In this document: positions 26,392-39,850 of the stretch, in pieces
Layout: the number at the start of each line of letters is the position of its first letter
Numbering within the stretch: position 1 is the stretch's first letter
Source: Lama glama
Taxonomy: Eukaryota
DNA: 64,000 nt
Reading direction: 5' to 3'
Assembly: GCA_028534125.1 (NCBI GenBank)
Contig: CM052832.1
Coordinates: forward strand, 22,136,001 to 22,200,000
Program-made: the position numbers and the translations under genes
Notes under the pieces: generated by a model
Seen by the model: only the letters and a program-made list of their open reading frames with translations
What the model was told of the DNA's origin: nothing
Databases searched by the model: none

Positions 26392-27785
26392 TCTCTGAGA
26401 ATTTTAAACTTTGATAACTTAGATTGAAAGCAGGTAAAAATTTCAAAGCATATTTAGATCTGTTTTTGGTTCACAACCTAATAGCACAAGGCATCCTAAT
26501 TCTGAGTTTGAGACCCTCTGAAAAAAGTTTTTTTAAATGGCCCTACAAATGAGAAGGAAAACATACCCTGAAACTGGTAAATGAAAGCCTGTCGCAGTAG
26601 GTGGAGAAAAAGTTCACTTTGCCTTTAAAGACTGTTCTCAGATTTATTACTACCATGCTCACAAGGTGGTATTTATAAAGTGTAAAGAATAGTAACAAAA
26701 ACTGTAACTTCCAAAAGAGCTATAAAGAGGGCTCCAGCCACGTCTGTGACGTTTTATTTCCTTAAAAACATCTGAAGCAAACACGGGGAAAATGAGAGCA
26801 ATCTGGACGGTGGTGACTAAGAGGCTGTGAATTTGTTCTCCCCTCTTTATTGTCTGTTTGAAATGCCTCATCATAAAACACCTGTACGCAAGCTTTATGA
26901 AGCCTTGATCATTTTTATAAGTCCTCAAATCATTCTGCAGAGCCACTCCTATATCAGTGTTTTGATTTACCGCTGGGGAAGTGACACCACGAAAATGACA
27001 GTGTAGAGTGACTAGGACTTCCAACCAATTAATGGAGATAGGGAAAGTGACTGGTAGAGGATCAGGAAATTTGGAGGCAAGAATTTCTCCCGTCTTTAGC
27101 ATCCCCAAAGCTTGTTGATGTCTTGTTGATGGCATTGTGCATGGCGGGGGCTCTGAGTCATCTTCCTTCAGTACAGTTTCCCTTACCAGTAGGCATTGGC
27201 TAGATGCCTTCTGAGGTGATTTGGCTACTGGAGGACTCAAGAATGTCTTTTCCAAGAGTCTAAGAAAGGTGTCCTACCCACAAAGCAAGGAGGAACCTCT
27301 CATATATTTTCCCCATCAATTTTAGGTTTTCAGAGATTCAGGGAAGAAGGGCCAAATGTATGGTATCCAACTAGGATATCTGACCATCTTTTGCTAATAG
27401 CTTGTCCTCCTCTGTCTTGTTGTATGCTTTTGATGAGAAGGCAGGAGATTGAGCTGCAGAAAGCTTTACCAAAAAGGATGGTGGTTATGGGAAAGCAGTT
27501 TAGAAAATGTCCAAATATCCCACTAGCATTTTTTGATTTGACAACACTGCCAAGTACAGTTTATTACATGCTAGCCTTGGGGTCCCTTATAGCTATCAGA
27601 TAATAGTTTCAGGGAAATTTGTAAAAGAGATGAGGGCTGTTCTTACGACCCAGTGTGGTAGACTGAGTGCTTTTCATGAGACGGTTACTGTGGTCAGCAT
27701 TTCTTTGCATGCGTTATCTTGTTTGATTCTCACACCGTTCTTTAAGATAGGGAGTTTCCCTTTTTTAATCATAAGAAAACAGGCT

Positions 27786-28519
27786 CAACACTACAGAAAA
27801 CAGTATGGAGTGTTCTTAAAAAACAAAAAATAGAGCAACCATATGATTCAGCAATCCTACTCCTGAGCTATATCCAGGAAAGATGAAAACTCTAATTCAA
27901 AACAACACATGCTCCCTAATGTTTATAGCAGCACTATTTACAACAGCCAAGACATAGAAGCAACCTAAATGTCCATCATCAGATGGTTGGTTGAAGAAGG
28001 TGTTGTATGTGTGTGTGTGTGTATTCCATTCTATACATATATACATGTATACATATATATAATTGTCTATATTCCAATATATATAATGGAATATTACTCA
28101 GCCACAAAAAAAGAATGAAATATTGCCATTTGCAGCAACATAGATGAACCTAGAGATTGTCATACTAAGTAAAGTCAGTCAGAGAAAGACAAATATTACA
28201 TGATATCACTTATATGTGGAATCTAGAACTTAATACAAATGAAATTATTTACAAAACAGAAATAGACTCACAGATGTAGAAAAAAATCTATGGTTACAAG
28301 TGGGGAAAGGAAAGGGGAGGGATAAATTAGGAGTATGGGATTAGCAGGTACAAACTACTATAACTAAAACAGATTAGCAACAAGAATTTACTACATATTC
28401 AATACCTTGTAATAACTTGGAAAATAATCTGAAAAAATATATAACTGAGTCACTTTGCTGTACACCTGAAATGAACACAATATTGTAAATCAATCATACT
28501 TCAGTTTAAAAAAAGGAAT
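27786..28519 (+). mobile_element. L1 3' end inserted into a MIR (MIR halves at ~27680-27785 and 28520-28620)
   Basis: L1 3' UTR motifs and an A tail. TSD AAAACAGGCT at 27776-27785 and 28520-28529. Confidence 0.88.
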
Positions 28520-28689
28520 AAAACAGGCTAGGAGGTTTAAATAACTTGACGAAAGTCACTTAGTAAATGGAAGAGCCAGGATTTGAACCCAAGTATGCCC
28601 AGATGCTACAGGTTATGCTCTTTTCAAAGCCCCTCACTTCATAATTATCTTTGGAAGTTTTACATTTACTTTACTTACTTAAGAGAGAT

Positions 28690-29035
28690 GGCGATGGAGC
28701 TTGGAAAGAAAAGGACTGGAAATTTGGCAAGAAGGTGGTCTGGATTAGAGGCATATGGCTGGGCATAAAAAAATGGGCACAAAATATGAAGATTTTGGTA
28801 TCACGTCAATACCCATCAGAATGTATCAGTCATCGGAGATGCGCTAAACAACAAGTAGGCAAGATGATTCTGGCCAGTTGACATTAGCGGCCTTCTGTCA
28901 TTGGCCATCCTGGAACTGGGCACAGCAGTGGAGTGGCCACAGTAGCAAAGATGGTGGCTAGGCGTGTGACCAGCAGCATGGGCTCCAGCTCACCAAGGCC
29001 CACTGTGCTACTGTTCCCTCCAAATGTCCAACTTT
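28690..29035 (+). mobile_element. ERV-L/MaLR internal pol remnant (RNase H end to integrase N-terminal Zn-binding region)
   Basis: WKEKDWKFGKKVVWIRGIWLGIKKWAQNMKILVS resembles ERV-L pol. Downstream CAGCAGCATGGGCTCCAGCTCACCAAGGCC encodes QQHGLQLTKA. The segment is frameshifted. Confidence 0.75.
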
Positions 29036-29480
29036 GCTGTTTCTAAAAATTGCTTTGGGTATTTTAGTTCTTTTGCAATTCCATATAAGATTAAAAAAAA
29101 CCTTATAAATTTTGACAAAAAGAGAACTGGAATTTAAACGGGAATTCTGTTGAATCTGCAGACCAATTTGGGAAGAACTGCCATCTTAACAAATATTGAG
29201 TCTTCCAATTCATGAACAAGGTATAACCTCTCCATTTGTCCCCTTAAACCTTCTTTAATTTTTCTTTGTTTTTATGTGTTTTATAGTTTTCAGTGTATAG
29301 ATCTTGAACAATTTTAAGTTTATACAACTTTTCTCTTCATTTTTTTCCCTTTAAGTACTTGAAAAAATAATTCTCAGAAAATAATTGGGCATATCTGTAG
29401 CTTGCAAAGTATTGCTCACACAAGTAAAATGAGCAGAGCCAGAAAGAACTTCAGTGGCGAATAAGAATATATAATTATTT

Positions 29481-29692
29481 TTTAAAAATTTTATTGAAGT
29501 ATAGTCAGTTTATAATGTGTCAGTTTCTGGTGTACAATGTAATGCTTCAGTGATACATGTACATACATCGATTCCTTTCCATATTCTTTTTCATTATAGG
29601 TTACAACAAGATATTGAATATAGTTCTCTGTGCTCTACAGTTTAACCTTGTTGTTTATCTATTTTATATATAGTAGTTAATCTGCAAATCTC
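29481..29692 (-). mobile_element. L1 3' end fused to the U6 copy
   Basis: TTTATTGAAGTATAGTCAGTTTATAATGTGTCAGTTTCTGGTGTAC...TGCAAATCTC matches the other young L1 3' ends in this window, such as 45558-46104. Confidence 0.9.
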
Positions 29693-29802
29693 AAAAAAAA
29701 AATGGAATGCTTCACGAATTTGCATGTCATCCTTGCGCAGGGACCATGATAATCTTCTCTGTATCATTCCAATTTTAGTGTATGTGCTGCTGAAGCAAGC
29801 AC
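29693..29802 (-). pseudogene. RNU6: U6 snRNA retropseudogene, full length, the 5' half of a U6/L1 chimera
   Basis: The minus strand reads GTGCTTGCTTCAGCAGCACATACACTAAAATTGGAATGATACAGAGAAGATTATCATGGTCCCTGCGCAAGGATGACATGCAAATTCGTGAAGCATTCCA then T10. This is U6 with an intact ACAGAGA box and mostly CpG-decay substitutions. Confidence 0.96.
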
Positions 29803-30804
29803 TAATTATTTCTTTAATTTAAGAAATTCATTAACCAAAATTTTGAACGAAATTTTGAACAGTTTTGAAAAATTTAAACAAATTCTTTTCAAAATTCCTT
29901 TGGAATGGTAGTTTTATTATTTATTCATTCATTTATCTCTTTCACAAATACTTCTCTTTTCTTATTTAACATTTTTTTTATTGAGGTATAGTTGATCTAA
30001 GCAAATTCTTAATGAAGGTAGGCTGAGTTCTATATTTTCCTAACTAGTGTGGGAAAAATTTGAATTTGGCGATGCTTTCTTACTGAGTTTTCACCAGAAG
30101 TTTTCCTAATGTTAAATTACTCAATACCTTTCCACAACATACAGGAAACTCTATGTGGATTGCAGACAAACTACATAGATAATTCTTCCCAAAAGAAATA
30201 ATCTCTTCTCTATGCCTGTCAGAAGTCATTGGTAGAGAAGGAAAATCATTAAATAAGGATAACTAGAGCTGAGTTTTCTGATGCCTGCAAAAATCCACAA
30301 CCTAGAGATAAATAATTCACGTTTTATTGTAAAGAACACAAGACTGGCTGAAGAGTAGACACAAGCACTTCAGTTAGAAACAGGGGTCCTCAGAGAGGAA
30401 AAGGGGAATCAGCACCATCACGGTCTCGTGACGGCTCTGCAGCTCCTGCCTGCTTCATCAGCAATGAGTGAGGTAGTGCTTCCAATTAAGAAGTCATTTA
30501 AAATAATTTGCAAAGAGCAGGGACGTGTCAAGTGTGAGAAGTTCTTTCCAGAGGAGCCCTTCAGGGCTAGTGATGATAAGGCTGACAGCCGTTTGGGACC
30601 TCAGCATCTTACTCAGGCAGCTTGAAAGAGCATCTAATCAGCAAGCACAGTGATGTTAAAAAAAATGTGGGAACCAGTATACGGTCTTGGGCCAGGTAAT
30701 TTTCAGTGGCAAAAAGTCTTCATGTACTCCAGGAATCCTGCTAGTGTTTTTTTTGTTTGTATGCTCTTTGTTTTGTTTGGGGAGAGGGCTGACAGCGTTA
30801 GAGG

Positions 30805-31267
30805 CTTTTCCCTCCCAGTTTTATTGAGAAATAATTGACATACATCAATGTGTAAGTTTAAGGTGTACAGCCTGATGGTTTGGTTTACATATATTGTGAA
30901 ATGAGTACCACAATAGGTTCAGCTAACATCTGTCTTCTCAGATAGATACAATAAAAAGAAAAGAAAAGAATAAAGAAAAAAAATTTTTTTCTCCTTATGA
31001 TTAGAACTCTTAGGATTTACTCTTAACAGCTTCCCTGTATATAATACAGCAGTGGCAGCTCTAGTCATCGTGTTGTGCATTCCATCCCTAGTAATTACTT
31101 ATCTTGGAACTGGAAGTTCGGACCTTTTGACCATCTTCTTGCAATCCCTCTCCCGCAAGTCAGATCCCTTTCTCTATGAGGTTGTAGCACATGCCTTTAA
31201 GGTCCATCCATGTTGTTGCAAATGGTAGGATTTCCTTGTTTTTTAAAAATGGCTATGCTATGTTCCA

Positions 31268-31303
<36 letters not shown>

Positions 31304-31875
31304 ATATATGCCACAACTTTATCCATTCATCCATTGATGGACACTCAGGTAGTTTCCATCCTTGGCTATTGTAAATAACACTGCTGTGAACATGGGGGTG
31401 TATGTATCATTTCAAGTTAGTGTTTTCGTTACCTTTGGATACATTCCAAGAGGTGGAATTGCTAGCATAGTAGTTCTATTTTTAATTTTTTTTTTGAGGA
31501 TCCTCCATATTGTTTTCCATAGTAGTGGCACCAATTTACAGTTCCACCAATGGTGAACAAGGGTTCCCTTTTCTCCACATCCCAGCCAGCATTTTTTATC
31601 TCTTACCTTTCTACGATGGCCATTTTAATGGGTGTGAGGTGTTATCTCATGGAGGTTTTAATTTGCATTTCCCTAGAGACTAGTGATGTCCAGCACCTTT
31701 TCATGTACCTGTTGGCCTAGTGTATGTCTTCCTTAGAGAAATGTCTATTCATCTCCTTTGCCTATTTTTTTAATTGAGTCGTTGTGTTGTATGAATTCTT
31801 TATACGTTTTGGGTATTGACCCCTTATTAGATATATGATTTGCAAATTTTTTTTCCATTCTGTAGATTATCTCTT
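30805..31875 (-). mobile_element. L1 (L1MA-type) 3' region with an internal (TG)n at ~31270-31298
   Basis: CCCAGTTTATTGAGAAATAATTGACA 3' end; ORF2 antisense GAGAAATGTCTATTC. Confidence 0.85.
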
Positions 31876-34171
31876 TGTTGATGATTAGAATATACAATTT
31901 TTATGTATATACTTATAATGACAATTGTGGGAAATAATGTGTACAGAAAAATAATGGAAAGAATGCAAAAGGAGATGACAGTAGTGGCAAAGGGAATTTT
32001 TCTGAAACCCCACATAAAAACAGAGAACACAGGGGCTCTCTGAGACTCATCCAGTTTCTGCAGGGTGGTAGCCATGCGCTCCTGAGCTTTCAAGATAGCA
32101 TTTAAAAATGACACGACATGTAATAAACAAATAAATATTTTTATTTAGTAGTGCTTTACCTTATGAATTTACACTGATATTCCAGGAATGCTGCCACTGA
32201 TCAAATTGTTTTGGATTCTTCTTTTGAGTCTCTGGCATATTCTTTGGAAATCTTTCTATGGTAAAAAGACCATCGTTTGTGGACAGGCATAATTTTTAGA
32301 ACAGAAGTTACCTTGATCCCAGGGTGTTAGATAAAGTTGGTAATCCAATGGGTCACATGCACAACCAAGATATAAACAATAAAATGAGACTTATTTTATG
32401 TATGTGGTCAGACTGACTCTAGTTCTGGGTAAGAGGAGCCCAGATATTGGGCCCATGATTTAGAGGGCACTGCATATATCACAAATGCACTAAAGAATGA
32501 AGACATGTGGAGCCTCTATCGCTCAGAGTCTAGTGCTCAGTACTGGTACAGTAACTCACATCCATAAATCATCTGCCCCCATGATTAACACTGTTCAGAC
32601 CCCAGTGCTGTGAGGTGGTACCTCTGCCAACACCACTTTGGAGAGTCAGGCGACTGCAAGCAGTAGCCATTAAGAGAAATTAATAAACTAGTCAAATACA
32701 GTTTCTCAGAGAGCTGCATAAAATAGATTCTTCCTGAAGGAAGATTCATTTCCCAGGTAGTGTTCACTGTGTATTTTCAGCCCCTCTTTATGTTGCAATT
32801 TGTGATGGAGGAGACTGTTCACAAGAATTACACATGGTAGCTGAGGAAGATTTTGCAATATTGAGTAATTCATATGACTTATAAATACAGATGTAGGTCT
32901 GGATGTAACGTGTATGCAGTATGATTCTAATTCTTTACATTAGCTAGTAGATGGACACTGAAGACTAAAATTGTGAGTGGTTGTGTTTTTATAAATATTT
33001 AATAATGTTTGTTTAAAATCTCAAAAAAGCCAACTTCAAATAATTTGATTTAAATTTTAATATTCGTTCATTGTAATTTGTAACCTCCCAGTATCTCAGT
33101 AAATGATTTTAAAAGTTCGGAAGAAAAATGACTTTTTTGGAAAGTACACATGTAAAAATTGTAACATTTTGATTTTTAACTGTTACTTTAATTTACATTT
33201 TTATGAAAATGCATTCAAATAATAAATACTTTGATTACAAATACTTTTTGACTTTTTAATCCTTTAAATCACTAGCATCAATAGAATACAAATTATGTGA
33301 AAATCTTGATTAGCACCACATAGCCAGTGATTTTTTTTTCCTAAGAGGTAGTAAAGGAAAAGAAAAATTCTGAAATGAATTTATAAATTATATGTCTTTA
33401 TTTTTTTACTTATCCAAGTTTGCTAACCTATGAGCAAAATATACAAACTTATGCAAATGATAGTTAAACTCAGTTACTGACTTTTAGACATATAAAAAAC
33501 CACGGCTTTACAGGCAGTATTTTTCTTTTTACTACAAAGATATATTTGTCAGATGAGAAGAATAGAGCATATTTTATTTAATTGTTGGTTTGATTTATAA
33601 CTTTTAATTATTAATACACATGCTATGTGGAACTGAATTTCCACTCTTGCTCCAGGCTTTGCAAATACTAGGGATGAATCTGAGGCATTGTAACAAGGAA
33701 ATTCTAGTACCATTTTGAACACTGTGCTCATAATGGTAATATTTCCAAAGATGACCACGGAAGATAACACTCACTTGCAGATAATACATCTATTTTAAAA
33801 CTACTCATTTTCCTTTATAGCAATAGCTCCTTACCACTGATCACATGCTTCAGCATGAACGCTAGACATGCGTGTTCCTAAAAGATGATGTGTAAATTAG
33901 ATTTCTTAAGTGATTTAGATGGATGACTTCTTGAAAAAACTGCCTATGATCAATTTGCTATTGTAAACAGTCTTTTAATAAAGACAGTTATCATCTTTGT
34001 AATTTACATATTTTTGGAAATCCACGCTTGCTTAAAACTGTGGTTCAACCCTGAGTGCACACTGGAATAATCTGGAGAGGGTTTAAAAAATACTAGTGGC
34101 CTGTCTTACCCCAGGAGATTTTCATCTACTTTGCCTGGAAGAGGGCCCAAATACCAGCATTTTATTAATGC

Positions 34172-36160
34172 ACTTTTTTTCTTGCTTAAAACTTTTACTT
34201 TGAAATAATTATAAATTGGGAAAAATTGGGAAAAAATCTACAGGGAGAGCCTGTGTAATGATAAACCCCCCAATGATAATCTTGCATTAAATATAATACA
34301 ATATCAACTCTAGGAAAATTATATTGGTACAGTGTACAAGAGCTGATTCAGATTTCATGAGTGTTATATACGCTTATGTGTGTGTGTTTCTGTGCATTTT
34401 AGCACATGCATAGAATCGTGAAACCACCACCACAATATACATACAGAACTATGCCATCACCACGGGGTAATGCTCCCTCATGCTGCTCTCCCACATCTCA
34501 TCCCTGGCAACCACTGATCTGTTCTCCAGCCTTGTAATTTGGTATTTCGAGAGTGTTATGTAAATGGGATCATATAGTATGTGATGTTTTAAGGCTGGCT
34601 TTTTTTCACTCAGCATAATTCCCTTGAGATCCACCTAAGCTGTTGATGTATCCACAGTTGGTTCCCTATTGTTGTATCGTACCCATGGGGTGAGTGTTTC
34701 CCAGTCTGTTTTACCATTCACCCACTGAAGGAGATTTGGATTGTTTCCAGTTTGGGGCTGTTATGAATACAGCTGCTACAAACATTTATGTGCAGGTTTT
34801 AATGGGAACCTAAATTTTCATTCCTCTGGAATAAATAACCAGGTATGGACTTGCTGGCTCATATGGTAAGTACATGCTTAGTTTTATAAAAAGCTGTTAA
34901 ACTATTTTCCAGAGTGCTGTACCATCTTACACACCCACCAAGAATGTATGAGTGGTCGTTTCTCCCCATTCTTTCCAACATTTGATGGTGTCACTTTTTT
35001 TTAATTGAAGTATAATCAGTTACAATGTGTCAATTTCTGATGTATAGCATCATGTCCCTGTCACGTATATATATCCATATATTCGTTTTCATATTCTTTT
35101 TGGTTAAAGATTTCATTAAAAATATTGAATATGGTTCCCTGTGCTATACAGAAGAAATTTGTTTTTTAAAATCTGTTTTATATATAGTAGTTAATATTAG
35201 CAACTTTTGAACTCCCAGTTTGTCCCTTCCCACCCCCTTCCCCCCGGTAACCATAGGTTTGTTTACTATGTCTGTCTGTTTCCATTTTGTAGATATGTTC
35301 ATTAGTGCCTTCTTTTTTCTTTTTTTTTAATTAGCCATTCTGGTAGGGGTATAGTGATATTTCATGGTTTTAATTTGCAGTTCCCTCATTGCTAAATATG
35401 TTGAACAACTTTTCATGTGCTTATTCAGCATCTATACACCCTCTTAGGCGAAATGTCCTTTCATGACTTTGACCCATTTTAAAATTGGATTGTTCACTTT
35501 TTATCATGAGTTTTCAGGGTTCTTTATATTTTTCTAGAAACAACTCTTGTTGGATATTTGGTTCGTGAATATTTTATCTCACTCTGTAGCTTGTCTTTTT
35601 ATTCTCCTTTAAGGGTCTTTCACAGAGTAAAAAGTTTTAATTTCAATGAGATCCATAATCTTTTTTAAGGATCATGCTTTTGGCATCCAGCCTAAGAACG
35701 CTTCACCTAGCCCGAGGTCCTGAAGGTTTTCTCTTACTTTCTTTTCTGAAAGGTTTATAGTTTTATATTTAAGTCTGTGAACCACTTGGAGTTAATTTTT
35801 GTATAAGATAAGAGGTTTAGTCTCAGATTCAGTTTTTGCCTGTGCATGTCTGTTTGTTCCGGTACCATCTCCTGAAAAGGCTATCCTTTCTCACTTGAAT
35901 TGTTCTTCCATCTTTGTCAAAAGTCAGTTGGGCATATTTATGTGAATCTACTTCTGAGTTCTCTTCTGTTCCGTTGATCTGTGTATCTGTTCCTCCATCA
36001 GTCCCACACCATCTTGATCACTTGGCTATTTATATATAAGCCTTAATATCAGGTGGAGTGACTCCTTCCAATTTATTCTTCTTTTTCAAAATTGCCCTAG
36101 TTATTCTCGGTCCTTTGCCTTTACATATACATTTTAGAACAAGCTTGTCTATATCTTGCT
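34172..36160 (-). mobile_element. L1 (L1MB-type) ORF2 end and 3' UTR, with a nested young L1 3' end at ~34995-35328
   Basis: Minus-strand ORF remnant DIDKLVLKCICKGKGPRITRAILKKKNKLEGVTPPDIKAY is L1 ORF2. The nested tail reads AATTGAAGTATAATCAGTTACAATGTGTC. Confidence 0.85.
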
Positions 36161-37088
36161 GGGGAATCACCTCAGGAGATTTTGGTTTAATTGGCCTGGA
36201 AGAGAGCCCTGGCATCAGTAATTTATAAAAAGCTCCCCCCAGGTGATTCTGATGTGTAGCCAAGGCTGTGAACTTTGGTTTAAAGCTAAACACACATAAA
36301 AATTACCCTGGGAGACTGCATGACTCAAGCGTTGGCTTGAGAGTTTGAAAAACAGGTGGGATCTTCTAAGAAAATGAACCATGAAATGAAATTTAAAGAA
36401 GTGAAAGGAAGAGAAAGACACAGAAGTTTCTTTATGGCCCTGGAAAGTAGCCCCCATTAGATGCCCAGCCGAGTGGGAGGAAGCCTAGGTTTGAAAAAGT
36501 AGCTCAGCTAATCTTGATGAAGCTCCAAAGAATGAAAAGAATTGGTCTCCAGCCACGAAATTCCCACTTGGGTTGAAAACAAAAAGAGACTTAGGTGTGG
36601 CCAAGGCCACACCTGTTAGAAGCAAAATACTCTAGATAGGTGTGGTACAATGTGGTAATGTGAAAACAGTGTTCCTCTACGCAGATGGTGCTAGCAAGAA
36701 GTGCTGAAACTTTAAAGGATATTAAAAGGTATTTTGAATCCTGAGCCATATTCAAGTGCCCATCTGGAATAGAATTTCAAAATGGCAGGCATAGTAATAT
36801 AGTTGTTGCTTGCTTTCTTTTCCTTTTCTTTTTCTTTTTAACTAAAAGCCTTTTAAGCTATATCCAGTGAGCATCACTGTTACTGCTTTTCTTACAATCT
36901 GCCGGGAATTTACAGCAGCCATTGGTGAAGAGATGACCGTGTGCTTAAGGAGGTATCTGCTCCCTTTAAATGCTGCTGCTACTCTTCCCCTACCTGCAAG
37001 TAATACATATTTCCCCCATGGCTATAGAAAGGATGGAATGATTAAAGTGATACTGCTTCAGAGCAAAATACAGTCCTTTTTCTATTTT

Positions 37089-37224
37089 TTTTAATTTTTA
37101 TTTTTTATTTTTTGGGGGAGGTAATTAGGTTTATTTATCTATTTATAGGGGGTTGAACCCAGGACCTTGTGCACGCTAATCAGGCACCCTACCACTGAGC
37201 TATACCCCTATGCCAACCCCCCCA
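37089..37224 (-). mobile_element. tRNA-derived SINE (Vic-1-like, long-tail variant)
   Basis: SINE body flanked by a perfect TSD CCTTTTTCTATTTT at 37075-37088 and 37225-37238. Confidence 0.88.
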
Positions 37225-38059
37225 CCTTTTTCTATTTTGAAGATAGCCAAGTAGTTGGCAACACAAAAGTTTGGGTCTGAAGACAGAAATCTAAGAAGGC
37301 TAAATATCTATGAGCGACCACATGTTTCTCAAGGCTCCTTTCAGCAGTGGCCACAATGCTGGGAAACAGAAAGCTTTCCTTCTTCATATTTTCTTCCTGT
37401 TGTTCCAATTCATTGCCCTTCACCCGATGGTGAGTCTTTATTCTGTTTTCAGTGATCTCTCTCTCTCACAGGGAAGGGTTTGTGCCACCTGCCTCCCTGA
37501 CTCTCAATTTCATCTCCTTGGGGAATTTTGGTTAAGGTGAAGATTCCTGGCCCCCAACACTAGCCATTCTGCTTCGGAAGATCTGCTATGAAGCCCCCAT
37601 CTCCCCCAAATCTGCCTTTTTGACAGGTACTTCAGATCGTTCTGATACTGGTCAGGTCTGAGCCTGCTTTGAGGTTTGCCGTAGCAGAGGGGTGGCTGTG
37701 ATAAAGATGCTTTTAAAATACACCTGGCTTGGGGACGAAGGTGGAAACTTTATCCAGACACTTCTCATCTTACCTGTATCTTAATTGTTCCAGGATGACC
37801 ACTGTCCTGCCCAGATTTTATGCTCCAGTTGTCCCCTTTGCTTTTGGTTCTGTTTTGGAAGGAAAATACTGGTGATTTAAATCAGAAATTAACTGTAAAG
37901 ACCCAACTCTTGGAGATCTCCTAGTCGTCCATCTGCTCTCCAGACCCTTTTCTCTAGAGTTGCTTCTCCCATGAAATGCTCTCTGTTCTCTCTCAGCACC
38001 CACAATGTCGATCCTCTGTTTCAGTTCCCATAATTTCGTGGAGAATTTGACTGACTCCA

Positions 38060-39850
38060 TTGTGTGTATATACATGTATATATATATATACATACACATA
38101 TACACATACATACCACATCTTCTTTATCCAGTCATCTGTTGATGGACATTTAGGTTGCTTCCATGTCTTGGCTATTATAAATAGTGCTGCAGTGGACACT
38201 GGGGTGTATGTATCTATTCGAGTTAGAGTTTTCTCCAGATATACGCCCAGGAGTGTGATTGCTGGATCATGTAGTAAGCATTTTTAATTTTTTAAGGAAC
38301 CTCCGTACTGTTCTATACAGTCACTCCACCAATGTACATTCCCACCAACAGTGTAGGAGGGTTCCCTTTTCTCCACGCCTTCTCTAGCATTTATTATTTC
38401 TTTGAGGATGGCTATTCTGACTGTTATGAGGTGATAACCTCATTGTGGTTTTGATTTGCATTTATCAAATAATTAACAATGTTGAGCATCTTTTCATGTG
38501 CCTCTTAGCCATCTGTATTTCTTCTTTGGAGAAATCTTTGTTTAGGTCTTCTGCCCATTTTTGGATTGGGTTGTTTATTTGTTTGTTGATATTGAGTGTT
38601 TGTATATTTTGGAAATTAATTCCTTGTCAGTCACATTTTTTGCAAATTTTTTTCCCATTCTGTTGGTTGTCTTTTCATTTTGTTTATGTTTTCCTTTGTT
38701 GTGCAAATGCTTTTAAGTTTAATGAGGTCCCATTTGTTTATTTTTGCTCTTATTTCCGCTACTCTAGGAGATGGATACAAAAAATTACTGCTGTGATTAT
38801 GTCAAAGAGCATCCTTTCCCCAGGAGTTTTATAGCATCTGGTCTTACATTTAGGTCTTTAATCCATTTTGAGTTTATTTTTGTGTATGGTGTTAGAGAGT
38901 GTTCTAATGTCATCCTCTTTCATGTAGCTGTCCAGTTTTCCCAGCACCACTTATTGAAGAGATTGCCTTTTCTCCATTGTGTTTTCTTGCCCCCTTTGTC
39001 GAAGATTTATTCACCATAAGTGCCTGGGTTTATTCTGGGCTTTCTGTCCTGCTCCATCGATCTATGTGTCTCTTTTTGTGACAGTGCCATGCTGCTTTGA
39101 TTACTGTAGCTTTATCTGTAGCTGTAGTATAGTCTGAAGATCTAGAGATTTTTTNNNNNNNNNNNNNNNNNNNNNNNNNNNNNNNNNNNNNNNNNNNNNN
39201 NNNNNNNNNNNNNNNNNNNNNNNNNNNNNNNNNNNNNNNNNNNNNNNNNNNNNNNNNNNNNNNNNNNNNNNNNNNNNNNNNNNNNNNNNNNNNNNNNNNN
39301 NNNNNNNNNNNNNNNNNNNNNNNNNNNNNNNNNNNNNNNNNNNNNNNNNNNNNNNNNNNNNNNNNNNNNNNNNNNNNNNNNNNNNNNNNNNNNNNNNNNN
39401 NNNNNNNNNNNNNNNNNNNNNNNNNNNNNNNNNNNNNNNNNNNNNNNNNNNNNNNNNNNNNNNNNNNNNNNNNNNNNNNNNNNNNNNNNNNNNNNNNNNN
39501 NNNNNNNNNNNNNNNNNNNNNNNNNNNNNNNNNNNNNNNNNNNNNNNNNNNNNNNNNNNNNNNNNNNNNNNNNNNNNNNNNNNNNNNNNNNNNNNNNNNN
39601 NNNNNNNNNNNNNNNNNNNNNNNNNNNNNNNNNNNNNNNNNNNNNNNNNNNNNNGAAGAGATTGCCTTTTCTCCATTGTGTTTTCTTGCCCCCTTTGTCG
39701 AAGATTTATTCACCATAAGTGCCTGGGTTTATTCTGGGCTTTCTGTCCTGCTCCATCGATCTATGTGTCTCTTTTTGTGACAGTGCCATGCTGCTTTGAT
39801 TACTGTAGCTTTATCTGTAGCTGTAGTATAGTCTGAAGATCTAGAGATTT
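38060..39850 (-). mobile_element. L1 ORF2 3' part, interrupted by an assembly gap
   Basis: Minus-strand remnants AALFIIAKTWKQPKCPSTDDWIKKMWY and [27 protein letters not shown] are L1 ORF2. Confidence 0.9.
39155..39654. other. Assembly gap (500 N) flanked by an identical 199-bp sequence
   Basis: 38956-39154 is identical to 39655-39853. Confidence 0.97.

Noticed and set aside
26659..27255. 198-aa minus-strand ORF
   Set aside because: Non-ATG start, no recognisable family or pseudogene parent, and no supporting gene structure. It cannot be supported without a BLAST search.
29693..29802. Functional U6 gene
   Set aside because: CpG-decay substitutions, an altered AGC triad (TTATCATGG instead of TTAGCATGG), fusion to L1, a TSD, and no recognisable PSE/TATA upstream.
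32406..32418. Near-consensus estrogen response element GGTCAgacTGACT (MBOAT1 is reported as estrogen-receptor regulated)
   Set aside because: One-mismatch EREs are expected roughly once or twice per 64 kb by chance, and there is no other support.
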